Positions 40,918 to 57,128 of a stretch of DNA of 64,000 nucleotides are shown one piece after another. The notes below the pieces were generated by a model. It had not been told where the DNA came from. It did no database searches and saw nothing but the letters and a program-made list of their open reading frames with translations. The translations under genes and the position numbers were made by a program. How positions within the stretch are numbered: the stretch's first letter is position 1; the number at the start of each line of letters is the position of its first letter. This DNA comes from Octopus vulgaris (taxonomy: Eukaryota), in assembly GCA_951406725.2 (NCBI GenBank), contig OX597836.1, forward strand, positions 24,552,001-24,616,000, read 5' to 3'.

Positions 40918-41342
40918 GAGGATAAATTTCTCCCTCCATCCCACAATCTTATGGAGTTTGCCTTTCTTCCTAACTCAGCGATAAAATAACAGTGTTTGTG
41001 ATTTGAAGGCGAGTTGATTGCTTGAGGATAAATTTCTCCCTCCATCCCACAATCTTAGGGTTTTTTTACCTTTCTTCCTAACTCAGCGATAAAATAACAG
41101 TGTTTGTGATTTGAAGGCGAGTTGATTGCTTAAGGATAAATTTCTCCCTCCATTCCACAATCTTAGGGGGTTTGCCTTTCTTCCTAACTCAACGATAAAA
41201 TAACAGTGTTTGTGATTTGAAGGCGAGTTGATTGCTTGAGGATAAATTTTTCCCTCCATTCCACAATCTTAGGGAGTTTACCTTTCTTCCTAACTCAGCG
41301 ATAAAATAACAGTGTTTGTGATTTGAAGGCGAGTTGATTGCT
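40918..41342. repeat. Tandem repeat, 4 copies of ~106-108 bp
   Basis: Units start at 40918, 41024, 41132 and 41238 (GAGGATAAATTTCTCCCTCC...GAGTTGATTGCT). Confidence 0.95.
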
Positions 41343-41889
41343 ACATCTAGCAAACCAAGGAACTACGCAGAGGCCCCCTCATTGACCCAATAAATACTAG
41401 CAATGTACTGAGGTCAAAAAGATCGTAGATATGTTGTTAGTTTAGAAACTAGGTCAGGTGACGTGTGAGAACAAAGTCATTATTTCCAGATGGTTTGTCT
41501 TGGCAATGGAAAATTAAGAAGAAACGAAAAGAAGCTAAAAACAACACCAAAACAAAAAAACAGTCATCATGTTAGTTCTAATTCAATGTTAAATATAATT
41601 AATGAATTAATTAAGACTAGTTTTAATGAATTTGTTTTCATTACTCAAAACGGATATCCTCCGTCGGTATATTAGCAATTTAAATATACATGTTTACATG
41701 ATTGTGTACATACGTTCACACACATATGCATATACGTGCATATACGCACATAATCGTGCACTCGTATACATATGGACGTGTGTGGGTGTATGCGTGTAAG
41801 TATATATGATATGTGCGTGCGTGTGTGCCTGTGTGTAGGCATGTGTGTGCGTGCGTGTGTGTGTGTGTGTGTCTGTATACACACACACA

Positions 41890-41939
<50 letters not shown>

Positions 41940-42149
41940 GAAGGATGGAGAATTTATACATCTTTAAAATTTATTTCATTATAAATTTTTCTCTCTATAT
42001 CAAATTCCGACACGTGTTTCTGCTGAATAAGTGTCTTAGGTTCCTTAGATGTGATATATTAAATCAATTACGGTACAAATTCTGATCCAAAGATTGACCT
42101 TCTTATACAGCTCCTATCAATGCGTTTTTGCATACGAGTAAATGGAGCG

Positions 42150-42870
42150 AACTAGATAAAGTCTCTCGTATCAAAGATATATTCCTAAGATATCATCCGT
42201 GGTAAGGAAGTATGAGAGATTAGAGTAAAAATTAATGGAGAAAATAATTAAATATGATATTCGCAGATATATTCCAGATATATTTAAATTCACATTGAGT
42301 GCATTGGTCATTAAGAAAACAGAATAATTCACCGAATGAAAACCATACAAACGACCAATCCTTCTGCATTTGATTAAACTTTATACCAGATTCCTGGACC
42401 GTTAGTTCAACCTGAAACACTCTGTTGTGTACCAGTTCCTTGTCCGCCGTGGTCTCCCTACACGAAACAAAATATTATAAAACCTGCAGCACTCCAGAGA
42501 TCGATCACAAGAGAAATAGATGACAGGTCTTGATCGTCTCGAGGAACTCAAACTTTATTCCCTCCGATGCCGCCATGAGCGCTCACTGCCCAAATTATGT
42601 TGGCATCAACTTAAGAATTCACCCGATGCTTTGACCCATGATATCTGTCCTCTACAAAAGTATTTCACTCAGTTGGGCCGGCTCCCTTTAAACGTCATGT
42701 CAAGACAGATAAAAGAAGAAACACATCCCCTTAACACTGAAATGGTTCCTGGATGAATATCTCCAACAAATTCCACAGAAGCCACACCGACTCGGTATAG
42801 TTCTGAAAACAATAACACTTTACTGGAATGGGTATTGGGCTCCAAAGAATGATTAATATGAAACATCATT
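42150..42870 (+). mobile_element. Old, degraded CR1/L2-like LINE fragment
   Basis: RLEELKLYSLRCRHER resembles CR1 RL..L.LYSL..RR.R. Confidence 0.55.
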
Positions 42871-43584
42871 TAATGCCTTTTTGCAGGTAGTGCTGGCCAG
42901 TTCTGGCCGAAACTTATCTAAGTATCTGTCTTGTCTCATCTGTTATTATTGACTTATGGATTTAATCTTAGACTCTTGGTGCCCAGTTTTAAATCAAAGT
43001 GAAGAAGACTTGGATAGAAAACCCTCTGCACTTCTTCTTGTTCTATCCAATGCTTTTGGGCCAAGAAATTGATAGGTATCTGATGTCGCTAACTCTTCAC
43101 TTCTTCTCAGATAGATTGAATTTACTATCCACAAAATATACCAACACATGTAAATTGGTGCAGGTATTAAGAAACTCCTCACGAAGAAAGATTTCTTCAA
43201 ATTTCCACCGCGACGTCTAGCTGCGACAAACTCCTCTCCATACAAGTCTGTGGCTGCTAATTTTAATGCCAGAAGGCCACCGTGAGTTTAATTTTTCTGT
43301 GACACATTCAGTTGGTATTAAGTACTAAATAAGAACACATTTAAATATATCGTGAGTTCCAACAGCACTAAGCAAGAGAGAGAGGTGGGGAAGAGGGTGG
43401 AGTATAGAGTTAAAGAAAGGTGTCTGATAAAGAATTCCTCTTCCAGGTGGAGTGTGGGTGTATATTCTAAGTACCCGAGACAACCGGGCTGTTCACATCA
43501 ATCTACCCTTGATTGCACTTTAATGGTGCAGACTGTATTCTTTCTGTTTATTTAGACAGATGCAAAACGACATTCAACACTTTA

Positions 43585-43615
43585 ACACCACCACCACCAC
43601 CACCACCACCACTAT

Positions 43616-43646
<31 letters not shown>

Positions 43647-43853
43647 GCTGCTACTGCTGCTGCCACTGCTACTGCTGCTACTGCTGCTACTGCTGCTGCC
43701 TAAAGGTACTGCTTCATTATACAGCAAGTGCTAGCAAATCTTACATATGTTCTGTCTTAATTGAATGTTACTCACATACAGCTTTCGCCCTTTCATCCGT
43801 CCATTTTTCTTACTTTTTTCCATTAATCATCGCTATCATAGTCATCATCATCC

Positions 43854-43901
<48 letters not shown>

Positions 43902-44095
43902 CCATCATCATCATCACCACCACCACCACCACCACCACCACCACCACCACCACCACCACCACCACCACCACCATAATCATCCTCATCCTCATCATCATCA
44001 ACAACACCACTAGCACTACCACCACCACCATCATCATTATCATCATCACCATCACCCCACCACCTCCCCTCTTCCCAACTCCTCTTCTTCCTCAT

Positions 44096-44168
<73 letters not shown>
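43585..44168. repeat. Compound microsatellites (CCA/CTA/CTG)n, (CAT/CAC)n, (GATA)n; representative of many (TA)n, (TG)n, (TACA)n, (GA)n arrays from 33 to 62 kb
   Basis: Directly visible. Confidence 0.97.
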
Positions 44169-44169
<1 letters not shown>

Positions 44170-44337
44170 CGTATTGTAATCTGTTCCCGTCGCCGCCGGC
44201 AACTGTCTGAGACTTGAACTCAATAGACATAAGATTGAATCGTCTCTAACAAGCCCAATCGTTTTTCTTCATAAAGTTTGTTCTAACAGACGGACGACCC
44301 GGAATGTTTGCCCTTATCGTTTTATATGACTTATTTA

Positions 44338-44723
44338 AGTGGAGGCGCAATGGCCCAGTGGTTAGGGCAACGGACTCGCGGTCATAGGATCGCGGTTTCG
44401 ATTCCCAGACCGGGCGTTGTGAGTGTTTATTGAGCGAAAACACCTAAAGTTCTACGAGGCTCCGGCAGGGGGTGGTGGTGATCCCTGCTGTACTCTTTCA
44501 CCACAACTTTCTCTCACTCTTACTTCCTGTTTCTGTTGTACCTGTATTTCAAAGGGCCGGCCTTGTCACTCTCTGTGTCACGCTGAATATCCCCGAGAAC
44601 TACGTTAAGGGTACACGTGTCTGTGGAGTGCTCAGCCACTTACACGTTAATTTCACGAGCAGGCTGTTCCGTTGATTCGGATCAACCGGAACCCTCGTCG
44701 TCATAACCGACGGAGTGCTTCCC
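44338..44723 (+). mobile_element. tRNA-derived SINE (OR-like head), tail type 2
   Basis: A/B boxes; 12-bp TSD ATGACTTATTTA. Confidence 0.9.
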
Positions 44724-45009
44724 ATGACTTATTTATCGCTAAACAGTAAAATGAATTTTGTTGTGTCTGGGGAGGGTCATACAGCCTCAATATCTAACAC
44801 ACTCACCGGTTCAATTTCTACTCATTTATTGTTATTATTGTGGTGGTGGGAATGATGATGACGATGATGATGACGATGATGATAATTTGTTAACTACAAA
44901 GGCTTTACATAAAGAAGAACTTTATGAATGGCACAGGACAAAGTATTAAGTGGTTGTGTATGTGTGTGCGTGCGTGTTGGTGTGAGGGCTTTGCGTGTAA
45001 TTAGATTTT

Positions 45010-45300
45010 TACAAAAATAAAGGGGTGGGGCGGAAGGGAGTGATGAAATTTCCAAATGGAAATTCCTCGATAGAGCTGCCCATAAAACCTCGGATGCCCT
45101 GATTTCTGCAGTAGGTGCATTTTCTCAGTTCCTTGTATCCGATTCGTAGGCGTACGCTCAGGGCAGACCAGTTCACTCGTACCATGCTCGCATTGATCTT
45201 CCAACATAGTTGCCTGAAGGCAACACCTCCTCCTTCACCCTTATTTTCTTCTTCAAGTGAAACTTGAAGAAGTTGACGAGGGATCGGCCAAAGGGAAAAG
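45010..45300 (-). mobile_element. Probable L1/Tx1-like LINE 3' remnant (related decayed piece on + at ~8640-9260)
   Basis: GRSLVNFFKFHLKKKIRVKEE vs GQAVINFSK..HLKRMVDVEK; clade assignment tentative. Confidence 0.4.
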
Positions 45301-45527
45301 TGTTTGTCTTCAGCTCCAGTGCTTTGTACGACTGACTCAAGGCCTGAGGTTTTGGGAGAGGGGCTTCTCGATTGCATCGGACCCCAGCGCTAAACTGGTA
45401 CTTATTTTATGGACCCCGAAAGAGTGAAAGAGAAAGTCGACTTCGGCTGCATTTGAGCTCAGAACTTAAAGCCGGAAGAAACACCGCTAAGCATTTTGTT
45501 CGGTAACGATTCTGCCAATCGTTGTAA

Positions 45528-45546
45528 AATAATAATAATAATAATA

Positions 45547-45591
<45 letters not shown>

Positions 45592-45859
45592 TAGGTGTTT
45601 CATTCAACATCCTTAAACAACCCTTATTCAGGGACCTTTTGAGCAGGATGGGTTACTCGATCTGAAGAAAATTCTAACTGGGCTCCACCTGCAAGGTCAT
45701 GTGCTGTTTATCTTGATATGAGATCACCATGTCGCGCACATATGGTTGTGATGCATGTGCCTGGTGTACCTTTATCAGACGGGTAGTCATGATGGGTATA
45801 TTGGGCTTCGTATATTTTACCCCAGTGTCACTTTGATGGCATGAACTGCTCTCTCACTC

Positions 45860-45934
<75 letters not shown>

Positions 45935-46370
45935 TGCCCTGATGCAGTACCAGACAGTGGCTCTCATGGCTTCTGATCTTAACTGATTGGAAGTGTTATC
46001 ATGTACATTGTTTTGTTTTGGTATAAAAGATAGGCTACAGCAAATATTCTGTTCAATACAACAGATTTGCTAGTCAGTTGTTTGACCTTAACCAGTAGGA
46101 AGTTAAGCAGTTGTGGTCACTGAAAAAGGTGGTAGTAGCATCAATAATTATCGGAGTCCTGAGAACAGTGAGAAAAAATCTTGAGAAGTACATGGAACAA
46201 ATAAGGGCTGCAATAAAGGTGGAGCGTCTGCAGAAAACAGCACTGCTTGGGACTGCTTGAATACTCCGGATGGTGCTGGAAAAATAAGGGGTGTAAACTT
46301 AGTTCACTGGTAGTGAACAGCTGACACCGTAGTACATCACCAGCGTTAGAAGCTGTGCAAAGACAACAAC

Positions 46371-46460
<90 letters not shown>

Positions 46461-46884
46461 TATAATAAAGGCTAACAGACCAGATATAGTTGTCAGAGAT
46501 CATGAAGGAAAAAAATGCTTTCTAATTGATGTATCAATACCGGCAGATGACAACGTGTCTCTAAAAGAAATGGAGAAACTTTCAAAATACAAAGACCTGG
46601 AAATAGAGGTAACCAGAATGTGGAACCTAAAAACAGAAACAATTCCTATCATAGTGGGTGCATTAGGCATGATAAAAAAATATTCAGACAAATACATAAC
46701 AAAAACACCAGGACTTACAAACACATATAACATACAGAAAATTGCACTACTAGGCACTGCACACATCTTACGCAGAACACTTTCCATACAATAACCATCA
46801 GAGCATCACAACAAATCACAGCACATACCCAAGGCACACAGAGCTGCGCTCGGTAGTGAAGTGAAAGCACGCTATAAAAATAAA

Positions 46885-46959
<75 letters not shown>

Positions 46960-47385
46960 GGCTAACAGACCAGATATAGTTGTCAGAGATCATGAAGAAA
47001 AAAAATGCTTTCTAATTGATGTATTAATACCGGCAGATGACAACGTGTCTCTAAAAGAAATGGAGAAACTTTCAATATACAAAGACCTGGAAATAGAGGT
47101 AACCAGAATGTGGAACCTAAAAACAGAAACAATTCCTATCATTGTAGGTGCATTAGGCATGATGAAAAAATATTCAGACAAATACATAACAAAAACACCA
47201 GGACTTACAAACACATATAACATACAGAAAATTGCACTACTAGGCACTGCACACATCCTACGCAGAACACTTTCCATACAATAACCATCAGAGCATCACA
47301 ACAAATCACAGCACATACCTAAGGCACACAGAGCTGCGCTCGGTAGTGAAGTGAAAGCACGCTATAAAAATAAAACTACTGAATG

Positions 47386-47465
<80 letters not shown>
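45528..47465 (+). mobile_element. Cluster of Dong/R4-type 3' fragments separated by (TAA)n
   Basis: RPDIVV..CFLIDVSIP..E.EK..KYKDL..LLGTAHILRRTL at 46468-46885 and 46958-47383; different subfamily at ~46097-46362; UTR pieces 45593-45860 and 45934-46095. Confidence 0.88.
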
Positions 47466-48229
47466 TGGTATGGCATACGGGTTGAGAAGAGCAAGGTCAT
47501 TGTGAGAACGATTGCCATCCATATAAATAAATTTTTCTACATAACTATATTTGATTTTATAAATGAAGAACTTGGTGTGTTTACGGTGAGTTTACGGTGT
47601 ATACGGTGTGTTTACGGTGTATACGGTGAGTCTCTTTGCCCTAGGTATCGGGAAGACACTCGGTAAGAAGCAGAAACAAAACTGAAGGAAGAAGAAACAC
47701 GCATAATAATAATAATAATAATAATAATATTGATTTCTTTATTAGCCATCAGGGCTCAAGAAACGAGGACATTACAAAGGCAAGGATACAAAAAAAAACA
47801 GAGAGGTGCTTTTGCGTCTAAAAAAAAAAATAAGGAAAACATGATAATAGTAAAATTTTAAACAAGGAAAATTCCCCAATATGGGAGAGACATCCGAGAG
47901 CTACCTGTGGAAACCCTACAAACTGACCTCTGACCTCTGAGTCAAGTTGTCCTCTTCCAATACAAATGCATGCTTAGAGTAGGCTCGTTCACTCGAACCA
48001 AGCTCACCACTTCTATCTTACCTTACAAAACATATGCTGCAAAGAAATATTCCCCATCTCTGTCTTCATTTACAAAAGTTGTTGATACTCTACAAGTTAC
48101 ATTAAAGCGCATTGTTTAAGGTGGTGTATGGCGGGATTGAAATCGGAAACTCACAATTACAAAGTGATGCTATAATTCGGTCATGTTTGTGTTCTATGTG
48201 TACACACACAAACACATACATATTCCTCA

Positions 48230-48323
<94 letters not shown>

Positions 48324-48441
48324 CATATACATATATATATATGTATGTATGTATGTATGTATATATGTATGTATGTATATGTATATGTATATATGTATGA
48401 ATATATATGTATATAAATATATATGTATGAATACATATATA

Positions 48442-48556
<115 letters not shown>

Positions 48557-48723
48557 TATACTTGTGTGGGTGTGTATATATATACAGGGTTTTTTTACAT
48601 CATTTTAAACAACATTAAATATGTGTTATGCATATTATAAATATTGCATATATATTCACTGTTTTGGCAAATATACTACATGATGTTGCAAATAATTACA
48701 AATACATGTATAAAGATCCGTGT

Positions 48724-48771
<48 letters not shown>

Positions 48772-49343
48772 TTGTATATTTATGAATATGTATATATGTG
48801 TATGTATATATATTATACACACACATGTATGTGTGTATATAATGTTTGTATGTATGTGTGTATAATGGTGTTGACGATCTCATATTTTGCATGGAAATGT
48901 TTACACCAAGGCGTGTCGATACAATTACCCTTCGCCCTTTACTCCAAACTGACATATCCTGTGCAGGTCTGCATGACTTCCAACGAGGAATGCACTTGAT
49001 TTCTCGCCAAACTTGAGAAGAAAATGTTTGGCACCGCCCGACACTGCATACGCCTTATGGTGCTTGGAGGTTTCGAGAGATCACCACGCCATATATTTTA
49101 ACATAAATTCGAAAACAATGAAAGCAAATATATGGAATGCAACCATTGTAACACATGCCTGTACATACTCACGTGTTTACCCCTTGATGTTTATGTTTGT
49201 CTGTATATATACGTATGTATGTATGTATGTATGTATGTATGTATGTATGTATGTATGTATGTATGTATGTATGTATGTATGTATGTATGTACGTAAGTAT
49301 GTATGTATGCATGTATGTATGTATGTATGTATGTATGAATGTA

Positions 49344-50696
<1,353 letters not shown>

Positions 50697-50804
50697 ATCA
50701 AAACAGGTTGATTCAAATTCGTTGGTACTCCTGACCCCCAAATTGGTCAAGAGTCCTTCTTTCATTTGTCCACTCATTCGTACATACATACACACATGTG
50801 TATG

Positions 50805-50839
<35 letters not shown>

Positions 50840-51769
50840 ACATATATATATTTATGCATGCATGCATGTATCTATGTATATATATATGCATATACACGTA
50901 TATACACATACCCGTATATAGTGGGTGTTATTATAGACTTTATTTTGTTTTGTGTAGTTATTTCTGTTTTCTCTTTTATATATTTTTTTTATTTGTCCCT
51001 TTATTTAATCTTACATCGCCCTTCACTCCTATTTATAGAACTTGTTCATTCCACCACGTTTTTATAAGTTCCATTGTACTTTAGAGCCCCTATGGTTAAT
51101 AAAGACACAAATATTGTTGTTGTTGTTGTTGTTGTTGTTATACAGGTGTGCTTTGGCACCTGTTACTGGAAAGCCACTATTGTCTACAACCAATTAACAA
51201 TGGAATGATGATGTATTTAGTCAAGAAACTTCTTCGTTAAACCTTCCAACATTTTCTTTTTCTGGCTGGCGATGTTGAAAATGTGCCAAAGAAAATCTTG
51301 CTAAGCCTCTAAATCGCACACTCATTTCACAATACGCACCTCACTTCCAGGAAGGACATGTAATCTCTAATGGGAACAAGGGGGTTATCGTTTTATTATT
51401 CGACTCTACAGGCTCTATAAGAACGTGTTTCTATGTAGGGTCTTGTAAGTAAATATAAACACACACACGCATTGCTATTATTGGGAGAAGGAAATTGTCT
51501 TTGATAACTCGAACAACCAGAGATATGTTCGGATTCCTTGATTGTTTCAAAGTGGTTGCAGTCCTTGTGGAACATTTTCATTTTATTTTGTTTGTATTAC
51601 TGTTGTTTTTTCATGCTTGTTTTTCAGACTCGTTTCAGCCCTCACCCCTTAACGTTTCTCTTTTTAACAGCATAAAGGGTATACGAAGACCTCACATCGA
51701 GGGGACAATCGCACTCTGTCTTCGTTTTCGTTTTTGAAAACCCTAAAAATCACTACAAATATTAGTTAG

Positions 51770-52130
51770 TCAGTTCTCTCCGTGCCTCGAAGCACATAAG
51801 ACCGCAACACGATCTCTCCAACCAGCTCTGTTTGCTTTTCTGCAAATGTTCTGCTCTCATTCCAGCATCTCTACGCTTCTCGTCTCTTTTCCGTGTCAAT
51901 CGTCCTTCGCCATCTGGTTTTAGGGCGTCCTGCTGCTTACTTCCTCCTCTCAGGTTGTCACTTTAGTACCACCATACAATCGCTTTCGTGATCTTGTCTG
52001 AGTTCCAGTGTCCGATCCAGTAGTTCCAGCATCTGCCTCATGTCTTCACTGACCCTGTTAATACCCGTTATTGTCTGAACCGTGTCATTTCGGACTATTC
52101 GCAGCCACTTGATGCCGTGTATATTAGATC
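51770..52130 (-). mobile_element. Old RTE-like LINE 3' end
   Basis: GRPKTRWRRTI...LCASRHG-type C-terminus on - strand. Confidence 0.55.
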
Positions 52131-52944
52131 CATCAATCACTGAGAATCTTTCTTGGGGACTTTACACACATTGTATAGCTAAAATCAAACCCGAGCAGCC
52201 GCGGCTCTAGATGGGCTGGTTGACACGGGTCTTCGATTTTAAGGAAACTTTCCTGCACTGGTTAGAGGCAAAAGACGAGTCTTTTGGCAAAGAATTGAAG
52301 CCCATTTCATGAATCTATGTAGCTATTTGAATATTTTCTATCACTTGGAAGTACATTAGATGCACTAAGTGTGCATGATGTACACTTAGTTACAAGAATA
52401 TACGCTTAATGCTGGTATTAGTTACCCTTATATATAAACTCTGTGTGTTTAGTAATGAGTTCTATAATACATGGCGAGTAATTTGAAATGGGGACTACAT
52501 TTCAGATCAAGCCAAGGCCTTTTACCCAATTTACACAGGCCTGGTTAAATCTGGAACCCCAAATCGAACCAGCTTCGTCAAAACTAGGAAACAGTTTAAC
52601 TCTAACCAGTCGATGACTCCCAGCTAAAGCATATAGAGGAATCCTGCCCCTACATCCGGAACAAAGTAGCTGCACATATAAAAACGCCCAAAACAGCATC
52701 TATCTAAGGTTACATACCGCTACTACAACAGCTGCTATTTCTCTCAAGTGACGAGAAGCAGACCATCACCACCCAAGCTCACCCGTTTCTCCGACTTTAC
52801 ACTCACACACTGTACATGTTTCCTGGAGACTTTCAGATAAGCAATAGAGGTTTCGATCTCCCCAGTCTCTGAAGTTCTGCAAAGGTTAAATTTTGTCTTT
52901 CATTTCTAGCAATTGTAGGTGCTGTTTTGCACCCTCACTTATTA

Positions 52945-52994
<50 letters not shown>

Positions 52995-53285
52995 ACGTAT
53001 ATGTAGGTATGTATATTATATGTGTGTGTTTTTGTGTCTGTGTTCGTTCTCCTACCATCGCTTGAAACCGACGTTGGTGTGTCTGCGTCCCCGTAACATA
53101 GCGGTCCGACAAAAAAGAACGACAGAATAAATACCAGGCTTAACAAATAAGTACTGGGGTCGATTCCTTCGACTAAAATTTCTAGGCAGTGCCCCAGCAT
53201 GGCCGCAGTCTCATGACTGAAACAAGTCAAAAATAAAAGATAGAAGACACACACACACACACATATATATACATATATATATATG

Positions 53286-53325
<40 letters not shown>

Positions 53326-53725
53326 TGTGTCTGTGTATGTATACATATGTATATATATATGTATCTATATATGTATCTATATATGTATGTATGTATCTGG
53401 TCACATATCACCTACAACATCAACTGGAACAATTTTTCTCCCTTAATATTTCTCCTGTTTGTTTACACAGGTGTTAACCACGTGATCATCTTCACCAAAT
53501 CACATGCATCAGCAAAATTGCACATATTTCTCTGACTATAAGAAACGAATATTACACACACACACACACACACACACTTATGCCCAATCAACATTTTTTC
53601 CCCTATTTTACTATTTTCCTTGATGCAAATACCCTTTTCATCTCAGTCATGAGCAGCCCAGGGTTAAACTCTGAGTAACCTCTCAACTTTTGATGCAATA
53701 AGCATGCTATCTATCTATCTATCTA

Positions 53726-53811
<86 letters not shown>

Positions 53812-53828
53812 GATAGAGAAAGAAAGAA

Positions 53829-53962
<134 letters not shown>

Positions 53963-54398
53963 AGATAGATAGATATATAAATAGATAGATAGATATACAT
54001 ATAAACATATAAATACACACATAACACATGAATACCAACAGATATCGATATGTGTGTGTGTGTGTGTGTGTTGAACATATATATAGTTTTGTCGTGAAAG
54101 GTAGGCTGAGAAATCTAGCCAAGTTCTCTGCAGCACGGCGCGAGTATGGGACTGACGACAGTTTTATCTTGTCAAATAAAAAGGAAGCCAGATCTATTTA
54201 GAACGTGTTTGTCAGTTCACACAGCAAGACTTGTACATGTTTTTCAACAATATAAACTGCAATATACTAAAAAAACTTTAATGTTCATGCTGTGTTAGAG
54301 ACTTAGTCATACTCTGAACAGTTATGAAGCTGATACAAAAGTAAGTAAACCAACTGGGAACATTTTCTCTCGAGTCATGAGATATGTTAGTAACATAT

Positions 54399-54621
54399 AC
54401 TCTTTACTCTTTTACTCTTTTACTTGTTTCAGTCATTTGACTGCGGCCATGCTGGAGCACCGCCTTTGGTCGAGCAACTCGACCCCGGGACTTATTCTTC
54501 GTAAGCCCAGTACTTATTCAATCGGTCTTTTTTGCCGAACCGCTAAGTGACGGGGACGTAAACACACCAGCATCGGTTGTCAAGCAATGCTAGGGGGACA
54601 AACACAGACACACAAACATAT

Positions 54622-54664
<43 letters not shown>

Positions 54665-54824
54665 TACGACAGGCTTCTTTCAGTTTCCGTCTACCAAATC
54701 CACTCACAAGGCATTGGTCGGCCCGGGGCTATAGCAGAAGACACTTGCCCAAGATGCCACGCAGTGGGACTGAACCTAGAACCATGTGGTTGGTTAGCAA
54801 GCTACTTACCACACAGCCACTCCT
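54399..54824 (-). mobile_element. Full-length microsatellite-containing tRNA SINE
   Basis: Reverse complement of 61244-61651. Confidence 0.88.
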
Positions 54825-54974
54825 TTCTAACAAAATTCTTAAGTATAGATCTGAAACTGTTAATAATTCGATAGCTGCACCGTTCTCTTTCATTCGGTAT
54901 TTTCTGTTGACTGTATAGTTTACTCACCTGAAAAACTGAACAGAAGCGCCGTTTACCATATATACCATAAGATA

Positions 54975-55357
54975 GTGGAGGCGCAATGGCCCAGTGGTTA
55001 GGGCAGCGGACTCGCGGTCATAGGATCGCGGTTTCGATTCCCAGACCGGGCGTTGTGAGTGTTTATTGAGCAAAACACCTAAAAGCTCCACAAGGCTTCG
55101 GCAGGGGATGGTGGTGATCCCTGCTGTACTCTTTCACCACAACTTTCTCTCACTCTTACTTCCTGTTTCTGTTGTACCTGTATTTCAAAGGGCCGGCCTT
55201 GTCACTCTCTGTGTCACGCTGAATATCCCCGAGAACTACGTTAAGGGTACACGTGTCTGGAGTGCTCAACCACTTACACGTTAATTTCACGAGCAGGCTG
55301 TTCCGTTGAATCGGATCAACTGGAACCCTCATCGTCGTAACCGACGGAGTGCTTCCT
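54975..55357 (+). mobile_element. tRNA-derived SINE, tail type 2
   Basis: Near-identical to 44338-44723; 14-bp TSD TATACCATAAGATA. Confidence 0.9.
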
Positions 55358-55399
55358 TATACCATAAGATAAATGTAGATGATTTAGTTAAAATCATGT

Positions 55400-56420
55400 C
55401 AAAATAAAAAAACAACACTTAACTGCAATTTTAAATAATTTGATTTCAAAATTACAATAAATTCGAACTCGAAAATAGTAAATTTTCTAGATGTAATATT
55501 GAATCTAAACACAATTAAATGCTCCACCTTTTGTAAGCGGAAGTGATAAAGTACATAATAGAGACTCCAACCACGATAAAAAAAAAGCACACTGCATTAC
55601 AGATAAGACTAAGGCACGTATATCTAATCTAACTTAAGAGCTATTTAATTAAGGTAATCTATGCTGCATTAGAGCATTAGTTAAATATAACTTTAACGAG
55701 AAGCTAAAATAAATAACCCAACCGATATCAAATAGCGTTAGTATAAAATATAAAAAATACTTTAGCTTAATCTTTCTTACAGATTAAATGTAGCCACAAA
55801 TATAGTAAGAACTTTCATAACAATAACATGCTCTTCTTCACTTATATACACACGAAATTTTCTAGAAAGTTAATCTACATCTTTATATGCCATATTTGAT
55901 AAAGCATCTCTAATCTACTTCGTTTTTGTAGTTGGTTTTGCAAGATTCTTGAAGTGAATTCGTGTATTGAGACAAATCTTATTGTGTCTTGGGGGGGTCA
56001 TTACACCAATAATAATAATAATACAAATAAACACACGCACTGGTTCAATATACCCTCTTTATTTTACTAGCTAACTATTCAATGTGCAATAAACACATCA
56101 AACGAACCACTAAATAAAATAAAGATGTGGGATTGAACCAGTGCGTGTGATTATTTAAATTTCGGTTAGCATAATGATTCTTCACAATCACAACAGCATT
56201 TCTGATCACATTCCTAAAATCCAAACAACCGAACTTGAATGTGATTGATGGAAATATCTGTTGAAAGAAAACAGACGACATAGTAAAGACGTATAGCGGG
56301 TTAACAGAGAACACTTTTAAGACTAAATACAAACAACACACCAATTCGCTCAGAATTAAGAGTAAGAGAAATGCTATGTCACTTTCTATGCACGTTTGTG
56401 TTTTTTCAAACACAAACGGG
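55400..56420 (+). mobile_element. Degenerate Penelope-like element
   Basis: FKITINSNSKIVNFLDVILNLNT (PLE RT end) near 55445-55510 and TYSGLTENTFKTKYKQHTNSLR..SLSMHV (GIY-YIG) near 56290-56400. Confidence 0.75.
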
Positions 56421-57076
56421 AAGCAAGTCCACAATAAAATAGAGTATTGTTGCCGAAGGCATAACGCCACCGTCATTTACTCAAGAAACTCAAGATCCCG
56501 ACTCAGTCCTTCGATACAACTGGCGCCAAATTTGACACTACATCTGTTCCAGTGTTGTGTATACCAATGATCCACGGACATGTGTTAGTTCGTAAGGTGC
56601 CAGCCACTAGCGTTCAGAAGATAGGCGGCAAAATACATTTTATCAAAGGCATTAGTAAATCTTGATTTCACACGGTGAATATTTACATGTTCACAAATAC
56701 ATGTATCCCTTCACTGGTTATTATATTTTATATTTCTTTATCGAATATTAAAAACTAGATTACCAGAACACGTTATTGGTCAACCAGCTTATATAACTTG
56801 AATTCTATTCCACTGTGTTGTGCATTTGGTTCTATATTGTTCCATTTCATCTGTTAGTAATTGATATCATAATAATTGAAAATGTAACCGATGATAGCTT
56901 GTTTTTTTTTATCTAGATGTAGAAGAGAAAATTTATTAAACCAAATTTAATGAAATCAAAGCGACAAAATTATATTTCACTAAATGTTTTGCTGAAAAAT
57001 AAAAACTTAGATTAGATTGGATTGGACCGCATCAAGTAGTTTCAAAAACACGCGCGCATACGTACGCATGCACACA

Positions 57077-57128
<52 letters not shown>

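Noticed and set aside
42005-42125. Minus-strand GAAAC-ACGU-GUC with GCUG/CAGC stem II
   Set aside because: Core is degenerate (UUGAUAG) and no stem I pairing found
44340-44415. tRNA gene-like sequence (also 4393, 54976)
   Set aside because: SINE heads with bodies and TSDs; no proper cloverleaf or terminator
47575-47630. TACGGTG-based mini-array
   Set aside because: Short slippage repeat with no evidence of function
51620-51740. Minus-strand GAAAC-GA-GUC half hammerhead
   Set aside because: No CUGANGA-type partner found
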